Source of the DNA: Bacteroidetes bacterium OLB10
GTDB lineage: Bacteria > Bacteroidota > Bacteroidia > AKYH767-A > OLB10
Length of the DNA: 64,000 bases
Assembly (NCBI GenBank): GCA_001567275.1
Contig: LNBX01000026.1
Span: forward strand, 64,056-128,055
Direction: 5' to 3'
The position numbers and the translations under genes were made by a program. A model generated the notes under the pieces. The model made no database searches, was not told where the DNA came from, and worked only from the letters and a program-made list of their open reading frames with translations. Positions 21,776-32,557 of this stretch are shown in pieces; positions within the stretch are counted from its first letter, which is position 1, and each line of letters opens with the position of its first letter.

Positions 21776-24700
21776 TTATTGCGATAAGGTAAGTCGTATG
21801 GTAATTCCGAATGCCGTTGTGGAATTCGGATACGATGTGGAAACCACCGGAGTGTTGATAGTTTTCTCGAAGAAGAAACGCAGATTCAATCTTTCGTTTA
21901 CGGTATAATCCGAAGCGAGTTTAATGGAAATAATCGTCAGACCTGAAGTTGGCTGATTGGTACCCTCCACGAGTTTACGCAGTATAGTTGTGTTCTTTCT
22001 GATAGAGAAATCAAGAGTTGTATTCAAGTCGTTTGACGTACGCGACTGCACACTCTTAAACAATCCAAACGGAAACTTAAAGTTAGGCACGCGATAGCCA
22101 GCACCAAATGTAAGTTCATTACCTTTTACTTCTGTCACCTGAATACCCGCTAATGTGAGAGAAATATTTCTGTCGCGTTTGTATTCAATTCGTGTTGTGA
22201 AATTACCTCCTGAAGAACGGCCACCTCTGTCAATTGCAGATTTGCTTCCGGAAGATTTATCGTTCTTATTTTTCCACGTAATATCAATTCCAATCAAAGG
22301 ACTAAACTGTTCGCTCAGGCTCACCTGCCCTATTTGACGTTTAGGAATGAAGTCATCATTGATGTCGCGGGCATTTCCTCCCGGCACATAAGAAACATCA
22401 GTAGTAAAACTGTTCACATTGTATGTGGAGCGATAACCATGATTCAGGTTGACACTCTGAAACAAATTCTTGATAAAAGGCAGTCGTGATAAACCATCAT
22501 AGCGAATGGTCCAGTTGGGCAATGGAATTTGTGGAAACAGGTCAAGTCCCATTTTTGACGGATTCTTTTTGGAGTATGCTGACAGGAATGAAAGTATCAC
22601 AACTTCCTGCGAAGTTCCACTGTATCCGTCACTGTATCCATCAGCTCCCACACCTGCTGAATTACCGTTCTTTTCGCCAAGTCGTTGAGATAATATGCGT
22701 CTGTTTTCTGCAAATCGCTCGAATATTGCCGATGAATAATCTTTGCGGTCATTCATAAACGAAGTGCCCCACATCAGATAACTCATACTGAAGTTTCCTC
22801 CTTCTGTACGCGCCAAAGACTCATAGTAGCTTCCATCAGCTCTCGGATTGCGGTATGCACGATAATTCTCAGTAGTGTTGAGTGAGTAATTCCTGTTGAA
22901 ATTAACATCTATATTAAAACCGGTCAAAGGTTCTAATGTGGCTCTTCCTGTTATGTTCTGCGTATAAGTAGCCATAAACTGACTGTTGAACGTAGAGTCC
23001 GTTGTCAGCCATCCGTTCCTTGCTGCTTTCTCACGTATATCCTGATTCTGACTTCCGAGTACAAAGGCAAATCCGGGAGCACTGGTGCCATCTCCCCAGT
23101 TTTGTCCTAACCACTCACTCTGCCGGTTGAATCCGGGCATCAGCAATCCGTTGGTCTCATTCCAGTTGAAGGATATATTTTTCAAACTGAATATCACTTT
23201 TGCAATTGCCTTGATTGCAGGATTGATTTCCTGTTCCTTTTTCTTCTCAGGTGGCTTCACAGGTTTGGTCTTCAAACTGTCTGACGCTGCATCGCTTGCT
23301 TTCTTATCCACTTTAGGCTCCTTCTTGTTTGGAGTTTTCGGCTTAGGAGGTGCAGTAAGTTTTTTATACAACTTCCACTTATTATAAAGCGAAACAAAAT
23401 TTAAACTGTTGTTTATTTGTATCGAATTGGAGTTTTGAATGGTATTGCCGATTGCAGGATTGGTATAATATTTTCCTGTATTTTGATTTACAATAAGTGG
23501 AGATGCTGTCCAGTGATACGTGGTGTTATATCTTGTATTTACACTAATCCAGTCAGTAATAGGAAACTTATTCAAAGGAAGATTATACGACAACGACATG
23601 TTGTGCATGTAATCTGTATTTCTTCCCAGGTTGAAGAAATTCTCTCGTACAGAATCACGCTTCTCGGAAGTATTTAATGCTCCTTCCGGTTCATCTACCT
23701 TACTTTGGTTGTTGGCATTAAACTCAAACTTCAGTGCACGTGTAATATCCCAACTGGTAGCATACTGCCTGTTCATCATAAAGTTTTTGTCGTACAACAC
23801 CGGAATTGAATTGTCTGATACCCCTGAGTTGAGCAAGGCATTTACATCACGCACTTTCAACTCACCATAATGTCTGTTCACATCCCATCTGAAATTAAAG
23901 GTTGACGGCATATAGTTAAAGTTGAAATCTTTTACTGCACGCAGATATTTCGACTTTGATTTTAAATTTTTAAAAGGTGTTACAGGTTTTGGATTTGTAT
24001 TGTAATTATATCCTATTGCTCCCAGATAATCTTTCTGAATTTCGTATTCTGTATTGATATTTCTGCGATACACCTCTGTATATCCATAAGTGAAATTCAG
24101 ATTTTCAATATCATAAAAATGCGACTTTGAAGCGTTCTTTCCTGTCTTGTTCTTTTTGACGTTGGTAAAGTTCAGACTCTTTCTTCGTGTATAATCCTGC
24201 GAAAATTTCTTCCTCGATAATTTTCTTTGCGAATCATCAATGTTGCTGATTGATCTGTTAAATTCAATATCAGGATCCAACGGGTCGTATTGCGGATTGC
24301 TGAACACTTCACCATAACCAAAATACATGGGCACGGTAAGTCCGGTACTTGTCGGGAAAAATCTTCCTAACTCCAGAGTTGTGGCAACGTCATAATTAGT
24401 TACGTCTTCCTTGCTTCTGTCGCCTACTTTACTTTCCAGACTTCCAAATCCATGTGTTGAATGACCTCCTGAGATAGCTACATTACCCAGATCGGCAAGT
24501 TTTATCTGTGCCCGACCTACTGTAGCCCATCCTCCTTTGTCGTTGAAGTCAGACATCCTGAATTCGTTGAACCATATTTCTGCACACTTTGGCTGTCCGT
24601 CATCATTTGGACGTGGTGGAAAAGAAGGATTCTCACCGCTTGGATTCCAAACACCAAGCATCATCACTTTAACTTCGCTGAGTGTAGGATTACCTTTAAT

Positions 24701-27700
24701 GAAAATAACATTGTTGCCATCCAGTTTTGCATACTCATCAGTCAGAGGCACACCTGCATTATTCCTTTCAAGTTTTGCATCTGTAAGTTTGCTCAGGTCA
24801 ATGTCAAAATCATTTTCCTTAGGCCATATCTGCTGCGGGTCTGTAGTATAAAATGGTGTTATCTTTAAAGGGATACGATAGTCGTAATAGTTATCTGTAA
24901 AGTCAGAACCTAATCGCACTACTGCATATAACTCACCATCATTAGTTGGAGCAGCAGGAGGCAGGAACGACTCGGCATGTATTACCATTTTCACATGCTT
25001 GTAATTACGCATGTCAAGGTCGCTGTTTTTATAACACACTTTCAAATCACCATCTGCAAGAGAGCAAACTTTCAGCGAAAGTGACTGCTCATTCAGCTGT
25101 CGCTGGTTGGTTGATGTAACATCTATTTCTCTTTCAAAATCAGGTGGCAATACATAATTGATTGGATCGCGGTTGGAGTTTTCTTCTAATGACACTGCTC
25201 CCAGATCAAATATTGCAGGGGGTGTGGTTATGCCTGTCAGGTTATAATCATACTTCCTCCACTCTCCTCTCAGAAATTCGAAGTTTGCCATACGCATCAC
25301 CACAGGACTTTTGAATCCTTTTGCAAATACGCGGATGAACTTTACCGATTTCAAATCTGATATCTGACCAAACTGTTGGCGGTTTTGGTCGTTAACTGGA
25401 ATTTTGATGAGATACCAGGTAATAGTTTTTCCTGAACCGTCAGGCAGATTGAGCGCAGGAACATTCTCCATCACATCAGCCACATAGTTTTGTCCTACGG
25501 TTAGTTTTGCAGGATCAATATCCACTTTATACTGGAAATAATTTTCATCCGCTTCCATACCGTTTATGCGGCTGCAATCTTCGGCATCGGGTGTTTGCGT
25601 GCTCGATGGCACAAACGTGCCGCTGCCTGCTACCGGTGAATTATTTTCAGTGCCGTTGAAGTTTTTATATCTCTGCAATATACCATCATTGTTGGTATAA
25701 GCATCACCACGGAAATAGCTGAAGTCGTCTGATGACGGGTCATTATTCAATGCGTCCTTCACTGCCTGATTGGTAACATTGGCATTGATATAATCCAAAA
25801 AGTTACTTGAGAAATGATTTCTTTCATCATCATTACCTAATCCGTCTAATCCCACGTCCTGTTGTTTACGTGTAGATTCATCACGGTCGAAAGCGTACAA
25901 TACATTTTGTGCTACAGGTGTGCGCCCCCATGCATTTTCGCGATAGGCTGCAGGTGTTGATGTGGTTGGCAAACCATTTTCATAACTTTCATAACCATCA
26001 CGAAGTACATCTTCTGACACATCACCCAGATTGAAATAAAGTGTTCCTGTATTGCCAAGGCTTGTATCCGGTGCATCACCGTTAAAAGGATTCATCAGCC
26101 AAAACTGAATGTACTGTATGTTGGACTCTTCGAAGTTGCTGGTTTCTACCTTGCGCATGAAACCACCCCATCGTGATTCAGGATCCAGTAATTTTCCGTT
26201 AGCATCAATACCTGCAGAAAATCCCGGACGTGCAGATGTTTCATAGTTGTAGGGTCCGCGCTCATCAGGGTAAAAGGCAATATCAAATGTATTTACATAA
26301 GGAATGATTCCATTGTTGTACTGACGCTTTGGAAACAATTCTTTTTCGCTGATTTGTCTTACGTTGTGGTTGCTTCTCTCTGCTGCTGACAATGATACCG
26401 TGCTGTTGCTTCTGTAAAATGCAGTAGGGTCCACATTATACCATGCAATTTTAGCTCTGTTGTATCCATAACCCAGTGTGTCGTGGCTGGAAGTTACATA
26501 GTCAAACTCAGGAAATAAAGTGGATTGAAAACGCGGAACCGATGCTATTGACCACTGTCCGGCAATGTTTAATGGAATGGTACTTTGTGTTCCTTCAAAA
26601 TTATCAATATATGCATTACCTTTTTTGCCAATAGCTCTGCTGTGACCGGGTATGAGATAAGCAAACTCTCCGTTGAGCGAAACTGATGAAAGTTCTTTGG
26701 TATTGATAAAAGGAAGTTTGTCAACCATTTTGGTAATAAAGCGCGACTTGGTGCGATAGGTACCGTCAAAACCAAGCATGGTGTTTGAAATAGGTTCGTC
26801 ACCAATGTTCACTTTTCGGGTGATGGGTCTTTCGTTGAGGTGAAGCACGGTTCCGCCAATGGCAAAATCTTTACTTATCTTATAATCAAATCGCGAGCCC
26901 ATCAAAGTTTTAGACTGAACTGAAAACAGTGAGTTGCTCTCTAATGATACTTTAATCGGTGTTGCTGAATTTAAAACAGATGTGTTGATGATTTTTACAC
27001 GTCCCAGATTATAATCTACCGTATAGTCCTGGTTTTCTACTAACTCTGTTCCTCCTGCGGTTACTTTCACAGAGCCTTGCGGAATATTCACAGCATTGAG
27101 AGAAATCTCCGAACCTGATGAGCTTTGATACGAGCCTTTCAGTTTAAATTTATTTTTACCCTGAGCAAGAGCTACGGTTTTGGTAGAGTCGTACAATTCT
27201 TTAAACACATACTTGGATGCCGTGGTAGCACTCTGAAACTTCGACTCGAGATAACGACCAAACGGCTCTACCGAGGGCAGAATGATTCTTCCTGTCTGGC
27301 TGTTCACGGTTATGCCTTCAATGTAATCGAAAATACCATCACCATAGGGAGTAGCATCGCCTGAAGTGTTGAGGTTATCGGCATTTAATACGCGGATAAG
27401 GCTTTTGTTTGCAATGTTTGGTTCATTGGGCTCGGCAAGCTGACGCACGTAACTTCCTGCTGCATTGTCAAAATACAAAACATCCAGTCTGAATTTGTCT
27501 TTTGAAATCTGAAATGCGTTGAGGTTATACACGTTTTTCATCATCAGTTTCCATGACGGAAGTGCTGTGTTGAAATTTCGTCCGCGAATAAGTTTTACAA
27601 TAAGTGGTTTCGAGGGGTCAATACCTGAAGTGGTAAGTTCACCTACTCTGTACACTTTCCCGTTCATGGTGTATTCAAAAGCTACTGCCAGCGCCTGATC

Positions 27701-29113
27701 GTTGCGCAGTTCTGAGTTGAGGGAGATAAATCCAAGCCTTTCGTTAAAGGTATATTCATTGCTGCTGAGTTTTTTTGCATTGGTAATTAACTCATAATCC
27801 TGCTGTGGCGAGAAATTATAAATGGATGCCAATGGGTCGAGTATGGCAGGTGCATTCTGAAAATCGCGGATACCGCTGTAGGTGGTAGTAAGTTTCTGAT
27901 AAAGGTTATTGGAGAGTTGGTCGGAAGGATAAACCGATGTACCCTGCCCTACAAAATTGCTTGCATAAGCATTGTACTCTCCCAAATCCTGCATGGCTAC
28001 GAGGTTGCGCGTCTGATCCTGTGAATTAAAATTCACCTGTGTTATCCATACTTCAATTTTGTTGATGGTGATGGGCGAAAGTATGGTGGGCAACTGACTT
28101 ACTGCCTGGTCGTAATGTTCGCGAAAATATTGAGAGATGAAAAAGTGTCGGTTGGCTTCGTACTGATCGCCCGGAATATCGAAGTTGGTGATTTGTCCTC
28201 CGCCCGGTGGCACATCAATGGTGCTTGCCTGACCTTTTTGCTGAGAGAAAATTGACGTTACGCCCAAACGTCCAAACTGTAGTTGTGTTTTTATACCAAA
28301 CAAACTCTGGCTTCCTTTTATGAGTGTTCCGGTGAGTGGAAGGGTAACATTTCCTGCTTCTATTTTGCGGATAATTTCGTCTTCGTTGCCGGTGTATTCG
28401 AGTTTCATCTGATTTTCGAAATCGAAACTTGCTTCGGTGTTGTAGTTCACACTCAACTTCATCTTCTCACCGATGTTTCCAATCACGTTCATCTGAATTT
28501 TTTCATTGAAATCGAATGAAGTGAGCCTGCGTTGTTTTTCGGGAATCTGCGGATTATCCGTACGGTTAATATTCACACCAAAGGTAAGTTCTGCCGAGCC
28601 TTGCGGACGAATGTCAATGGTATTGCCTCCGAAAATGCGGTCGAAAGCTTCGCCTGCTACATATATTTTTGGGATGAGCGGTTTGCGGGCAATCACATCT
28701 TCGCCACCGGCACGCTCTTTCCAGTACTGGCTGGTAGTTTTTTTAAACTGATCTTCTTTGAACTCTTCAAAAGTCATGTAGGAAGGATTTCGGAAAAACT
28801 CATTTCCTACTTTTTCGTTGATGTCGTATTCTCTTGTTTCGGGATTATACTCTACAGAGGTGTTGATGTTGGAAGGTGTGGTTCCATACAGCGGACTATG
28901 CGGATATGGGTTGGAATAAGGGTCGGTGAACCTGTCAGGAAAAGGATAAGGTAAGGGAGTCACCGGACTGTCGGGTGGCATAGGTATATTTATAGCACCC
29001 TGTGGGTCGTTGAAATCTGAAATGGATGCAGGGCTGCTGCCACCATTGACATATACCAACGGGAAGGCAAACAAACTCAATGCTGAATATCGTAAAAACT
29101 TTAATCCTGGCAA
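21776..29113 (-). CDS. sprA: T9SS translocon / cell-surface protein SprA (Sov)
   Basis: A single 2445-aa ORF with a signal peptide. Size and composition are typical of SprA giant beta-barrels in Bacteroidota. Confidence 0.7.
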   Translation of the reverse strand: MPGLKFLRYSALSLFAFPLVYVNGGSSPASISDFNDPQGAINIPMPPDSPVTPLPYPFPDRFTDPYSNPYPHSPLYGTTPSNINTSVEYNPETREYDINEKVGNEFFRNPSYMTFEEFKEDQFKKTTSQYWKERAGGEDVIARKPLIPKIYVAGEAFDRIFGGNTIDIRPQGSAELTFGVNINRTDNPQIPEKQRRLTSFDFNEKIQMNVIGNIGEKMKLSVNYNTEASFDFENQMKLEYTGNEDEIIRKIEAGNVTLPLTGTLIKGSQSLFGIKTQLQFGRLGVTSIFSQQKGQASTIDVPPGGGQITNFDIPGDQYEANRHFFISQYFREHYDQAVSQLPTILSPITINKIEVWITQVNFNSQDQTRNLVAMQDLGEYNAYASNFVGQGTSVYPSDQLSNNLYQKLTTTYSGIRDFQNAPAILDPLASIYNFSPQQDYELITNAKKLSSNEYTFNERLGFISLNSELRNDQALAVAFEYTMNGKVYRVGELTTSGIDPSKPLIVKLIRGRNFNTALPSWKLMMKNVYNLNAFQISKDKFRLDVLYFDNAAGSYVRQLAEPNEPNIANKSLIRVLNADNLNTSGDATPYGDGIFDYIEGITVNSQTGRIILPSVEPFGRYLESKFQSATTASKYVFKELYDSTKTVALAQGKNKFKLKGSYQSSSGSEISLNAVNIPQGSVKVTAGGTELVENQDYTVDYNLGRVKIINTSVLNSATPIKVSLESNSLFSVQSKTLMGSRFDYKISKDFAIGGTVLHLNERPITRKVNIGDEPISNTMLGFDGTYRTKSRFITKMVDKLPFINTKELSSVSLNGEFAYLIPGHSRAIGKKGNAYIDNFEGTQSTIPLNIAGQWSIASVPRFQSTLFPEFDYVTSSHDTLGYGYNRAKIAWYNVDPTAFYRSNSTVSLSAAERSNHNVRQISEKELFPKRQYNNGIIPYVNTFDIAFYPDERGPYNYETSARPGFSAGIDANGKLLDPESRWGGFMRKVETSNFEESNIQYIQFWLMNPFNGDAPDTSLGNTGTLYFNLGDVSEDVLRDGYESYENGLPTTSTPAAYRENAWGRTPVAQNVLYAFDRDESTRKQQDVGLDGLGNDDERNHFSSNFLDYINANVTNQAVKDALNNDPSSDDFSYFRGDAYTNNDGILQRYKNFNGTENNSPVAGSGTFVPSSTQTPDAEDCSRINGMEADENYFQYKVDIDPAKLTVGQNYVADVMENVPALNLPDGSGKTITWYLIKIPVNDQNRQQFGQISDLKSVKFIRVFAKGFKSPVVMRMANFEFLRGEWRKYDYNLTGITTPPAIFDLGAVSLEENSNRDPINYVLPPDFEREIDVTSTNQRQLNEQSLSLKVCSLADGDLKVCYKNSDLDMRNYKHVKMVIHAESFLPPAAPTNDGELYAVVRLGSDFTDNYYDYRIPLKITPFYTTDPQQIWPKENDFDIDLSKLTDAKLERNNAGVPLTDEYAKLDGNNVIFIKGNPTLSEVKVMMLGVWNPSGENPSFPPRPNDDGQPKCAEIWFNEFRMSDFNDKGGWATVGRAQIKLADLGNVAISGGHSTHGFGSLESKVGDRSKEDVTNYDVATTLELGRFFPTSTGLTVPMYFGYGEVFSNPQYDPLDPDIEFNRSISNIDDSQRKLSRKKFSQDYTRRKSLNFTNVKKNKTGKNASKSHFYDIENLNFTYGYTEVYRRNINTEYEIQKDYLGAIGYNYNTNPKPVTPFKNLKSKSKYLRAVKDFNFNYMPSTFNFRWDVNRHYGELKVRDVNALLNSGVSDNSIPVLYDKNFMMNRQYATSWDITRALKFEFNANNQSKVDEPEGALNTSEKRDSVRENFFNLGRNTDYMHNMSLSYNLPLNKFPITDWISVNTRYNTTYHWTASPLIVNQNTGKYYTNPAIGNTIQNSNSIQINNSLNFVSLYNKWKLYKKLTAPPKPKTPNKKEPKVDKKASDAASDSLKTKPVKPPEKKKEQEINPAIKAIAKVIFSLKNISFNWNETNGLLMPGFNRQSEWLGQNWGDGTSAPGFAFVLGSQNQDIREKAARNGWLTTDSTFNSQFMATYTQNITGRATLEPLTGFNIDVNFNRNYSLNTTENYRAYRNPRADGSYYESLARTEGGNFSMSYLMWGTSFMNDRKDYSSAIFERFAENRRILSQRLGEKNGNSAGVGADGYSDGYSGTSQEVVILSFLSAYSKKNPSKMGLDLFPQIPLPNWTIRYDGLSRLPFIKNLFQSVNLNHGYRSTYNVNSFTTDVSYVPGGNARDINDDFIPKRQIGQVSLSEQFSPLIGIDITWKNKNDKSSGSKSAIDRGGRSSGGNFTTRIEYKRDRNISLTLAGIQVTEVKGNELTFGAGYRVPNFKFPFGLFKSVQSRTSNDLNTTLDFSIRKNTTILRKLVEGTNQPTSGLTIISIKLASDYTVNERLNLRFFFEKTINTPVVSTSYPNSTTAFGITIRLTLSQ

Positions 29114-29260
29114 AATGATTCTCTTTTTAGGGAATTGTATCTCAAAAAATTTTCCGGCTAAAAATATAACTTTTAGTTAAACCAACAGTGGCCTTGGCAA
29201 GGTAGTTACAGACAATTTTTTGAGCATTCCTTTTGTTAAAAAAACAACGGTTTAAATGAG

Positions 29261-29845
29261 TTATAAATTTTTTAAAGCTGCCTTTATCAGTTCTTCCACG
29301 GTGAAAGTGTGGCTGCTTTGATGAATTATTTTTTGAAGTTCCTTCTCGGCAGCACTGCGGTTGAAGCCTAATGCAAGCAATGCACTTAACGCCTCATCTT
29401 TGGCTGTATTGTATGATGAAGGAATTATTGTAGATGAAATTTCTGACTTTCCGAGTTTGTCTTTCAGGTCAATCACAATGCGCTGGGCTGTTTTGTCGCC
29501 AATGCCTTTGATGCGTTTGATGGCTGCCACCTGACCTGTTGTTATTGACTGATGCAACTCTACAGCAGTCATGGACGACAGCATCACGCGTGCCGTACCG
29601 GGTCCCACACCCGATACTGAAATGAGATGCCTGAAGAGCGTGCGCTCTTCTTCATCAGCAAAACCGTAGAGCACGTGTGCATCTTCTTTGATGGCTAAGT
29701 GTGTAAAAACTTTGGCGCGGATTTCGTCCTTGAGGCGCGTGTAGGTTTGCAGCGAAATGTTCAGCTGATAACCTACTCCACCGGCTTCTACTACAATGTA
29801 GGTTGCTGATTTAAAAGTAATGTTTCCTGAAATGTAATCGTACAT
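29261..29845 (-). CDS. ruvA: Holliday junction branch migration protein RuvA
   Basis: MYDYISG… N-terminus, HhH pairs, C-terminal domain III; 194 aa. Confidence 0.9.
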   Translation of the reverse strand: MYDYISGNITFKSATYIVVEAGGVGYQLNISLQTYTRLKDEIRAKVFTHLAIKEDAHVLYGFADEEERTLFRHLISVSGVGPGTARVMLSSMTAVELHQSITTGQVAAIKRIKGIGDKTAQRIVIDLKDKLGKSEISSTIIPSSYNTAKDEALSALLALGFNRSAAEKELQKIIHQSSHTFTVEELIKAALKNL

Positions 29846-29900
29846 GAATATCCAAACTTGATGCGCAAAAATAGTGAATGAAAGCAGAGGAAAATTTTAA

Positions 29901-29942
29901 CTGACACCCGGCAGGAATCTTCGATAACCTGCCGGGAGTCAG
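29901..29942. repeat. REP-like palindromic element, copy A (CTGACACCCGGCAGG-12 nt-CCTGCCGGGAGTCAG)
   Basis: 15-bp inverted repeat with one mismatch. Shares the CCCGGCAG…CTGCCGGGAGTCAG core with the element at 45836-45878. Confidence 0.6.
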
Positions 29943-30053
29943 GAAGGCGCACTTCAAATATGTTGTAATTGCAACCCGGTAGGACGTAATCTCTTCTTGA
30001 GTCGCAATTATAAAATCAACCTAAAAAAATTAACCGGAAAAGAAATTCAACCC

Positions 30054-32311
30054 TTATTGTTTGCGGGTTTGTGCATCAATAACAGCAATGGTTACCATGT
30101 TAACAATATCACGCACGCTGCTGCCAAGCTGCAGCACATGCACCGGTTTTTTCATACCCAACAACACAGGCCCAATGGCCTCAGCAGCTTCCATAGACTG
30201 CATCAGCTTATAAGCAATGTTTCCTGCATCGAGGTTGGGGAATATGAGTGTGTTCACGCCACCGTCAATCAACTCGCAAAATGGATAGTTGTCATGCAAC
30301 AGTTGCATGTTAAGTGCAAAGTTTGCCTGCATCTCGCCATCTACTACCATTCCCGGAAATTTCTCGTGAAGTATCTCCACTGCCCTGCGTACCTTTATTG
30401 CCGATGGGTCGTTTGACGTTCCGAAGTTAGAAAACGACAGCAGCGATATGCGTGGTTTGATGTTGAACTGCTGAACTGCCTTGGCAGTAAGCAATGTTAT
30501 CTCCACCAAATCTTCGGCAGTGGGGTTTACGTTGATGGTAGTATCTGCAAAAAACAACGGGCCTTTTTTGGTAATCATGATATACATTCCTGCCACACGG
30601 GTGCCATGCTCCTGCACACCAATAATGCGCAGTGCAGGTCTGATGGTGTCTGCATAGTTGCGTGTAAGTCCTGAGATGAGTGCATCGGCCTGTCCGGTTT
30701 CAATCATCATAGCACCATAATAATTGCGCTCACGCATCACTTTCTTCGATTCGTAAACTGAAAAACCTCTGCGTTTGGCTTTTTCAAAAAACAACTGGCT
30801 GAATGTGTTGAGATGATCGTGATCAACACGTGGGTCAATAATAGGAATACCATCAATATTGAGGTGGCTCTCCTCTACTATCTGTGCAATACGCTCTTTG
30901 TTGCCGAGCAAAATGGGTTTGGCAATACCTTCTTCTTTTACCTGCTGTGCAGCTTTCAGAATTTTGTAATTATCAGCTTCGGCAAACACCACACGTTGTG
31001 GATTTTGTTTGGCACGGGTAACTATGGCGCGGATGAGTTTATTGTCGAGGTTGAGACGTTTTTTCAAATCCTCTACATATCGCTCCCAGTTAGTAATTCT
31101 TACCTGTGCCACACCCGTTTCCATAGCTGCACGTGCCACAGCAGGAGCTACGGTGTAAATCAGTCGCGGGTCTAATGGTTTAGGAATAATATACTCGGGA
31201 CCAAACTGAAGGTTCTTGGTATTGTAAGCAAGATTCACCATTTCGGGGACAGGCTGCCGCGCCAACTGCGCAATGGCATGTACCGCTGCCAGTTTCATCT
31301 CCTCATTAATTTGTGTAGCTCTTACGTCAAGTGCTCCTCTGAAAATAAACGGAAAGCCAATGACGTTGTTCACCTGATTAGGAAAATCACTTCTTCCTGT
31401 TGCCATTATCACATCCTCTCTTGCATTTTTGGCATCGGTATAAGTTATTTCAGGATCGGGGTTGGCCATGGCAAACACTACAGGCTGGCCGCCATTGATT
31501 TGAGCATGGCACCACTCAGAATATTGCCCTTACTCAGACCAATAAACACATCAGCATCTTTAATAGCTTCCTGGAGCGTACTTATCTTGCGTGTGGTGGC
31601 AAATAATTTTTTATTGGTGTCGAGATTTTCGCGGTCGGCAGTTATTACTCCTGAGCTGTCTAACATCACAATATTTTTTTTGTCGGCACCCAGCGAAACA
31701 AACAATTTGGTGCACGATATAGCCGAAGCTCCCGCACCGTTGACAACAATTTTTACTTTATCAATTTTTTTTCCTACCAGTTCCAGTGCATTAATCAGTG
31801 CTGCACCGCTGATGATGGCAGTGCCATGCTGGTCGTCATGCATCACAGGAATTTTGAGTTCTTCCTTGAGGCGCTTTTCAATTTCAAAACATTCAGGTGC
31901 TTTGATATCTTCGAGGTTGATGCCACCGAATGTGGGTGAAATAGCTTTAACTGTTTTTACAAAATCATCAACATTGGTTTGATTTATTTCAATGTCGAAT
32001 ACATCAATGTCTGCAAAAATTTTAAACAACAATCCTTTACCTTCCATCACCGGTTTGGAAGCTTCGGGGCCAATATTGCCTAATCCGAGTACAGCAGTTC
32101 CGTTAGAAATTACAGCAACCAGATTTCCTTTGGTTGTATATTTATAAACATTGTCAATATCCTTTTCTATCTCGAGGCAAGGTTCAGCCACACCGGGCGA
32201 GTAAGCCAATGACAAATCGCGTTGCGAGCTGTAAGGCTTGCAGGGTATAACTTCAATTTTGCCGGGCCTGCCTGATGAATGATAATCGAGCGCTTCTTGT
32301 TTAACTCCCAT
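30054..32311 (-). CDS. maeB: NADP-dependent malic enzyme (malic enzyme fused to a PTA-like domain), split by a 1-nt frameshift near 31483
   Basis: ORF 31478-32311 carries the malic enzyme N-terminal domain. ORF 30054-31478 continues the NAD(P)-binding domain ([12 protein letters not shown]) and the phosphotransacetylase-like domain. Inserting one base at 31483-31484 restores …[17 protein letters not shown]…. Confidence 0.8.
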
Positions 32312-32490
32312 AGTCTTAAAAAATTGAGCCAGCTAAATTACTAATTTATCATGTCGCACAAGTGATGATGACGAACATCACTCAGCTAAATAGTTACTGT
32401 AAAATGACATTATGTTTACATTAACTCAATACGCTAAATACCTTTTTCATCCAGCACGACAAACTGATTAAGGTATTGCAATTTGAGTTG

Positions 32491-32537
32491 ATAAAAAAAA
32501 TAGCACATAAAAAAATCGCCCGCATAAGCAGGCGATT
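32491..32537 (-). terminator. rho-independent terminator for the T9SS-CTD protein gene (minus strand)
   Basis: On the minus-strand transcript, AUCGCCUGC/GCGGGCGAU 9-bp stem (one G-U pair) followed by U-rich tract. Confidence 0.55.
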
Positions 32538-32557
32538 GCTATGTTAAGAAAAATTAT

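Noticed and set aside
22155-28954. Numerous 60-140-aa plus-strand ORFs inside sprA
   Set aside because: All lie antisense within a 7.3-kb continuous ORF and have no start context or recognisable domains; they are typical spurious ORFs.
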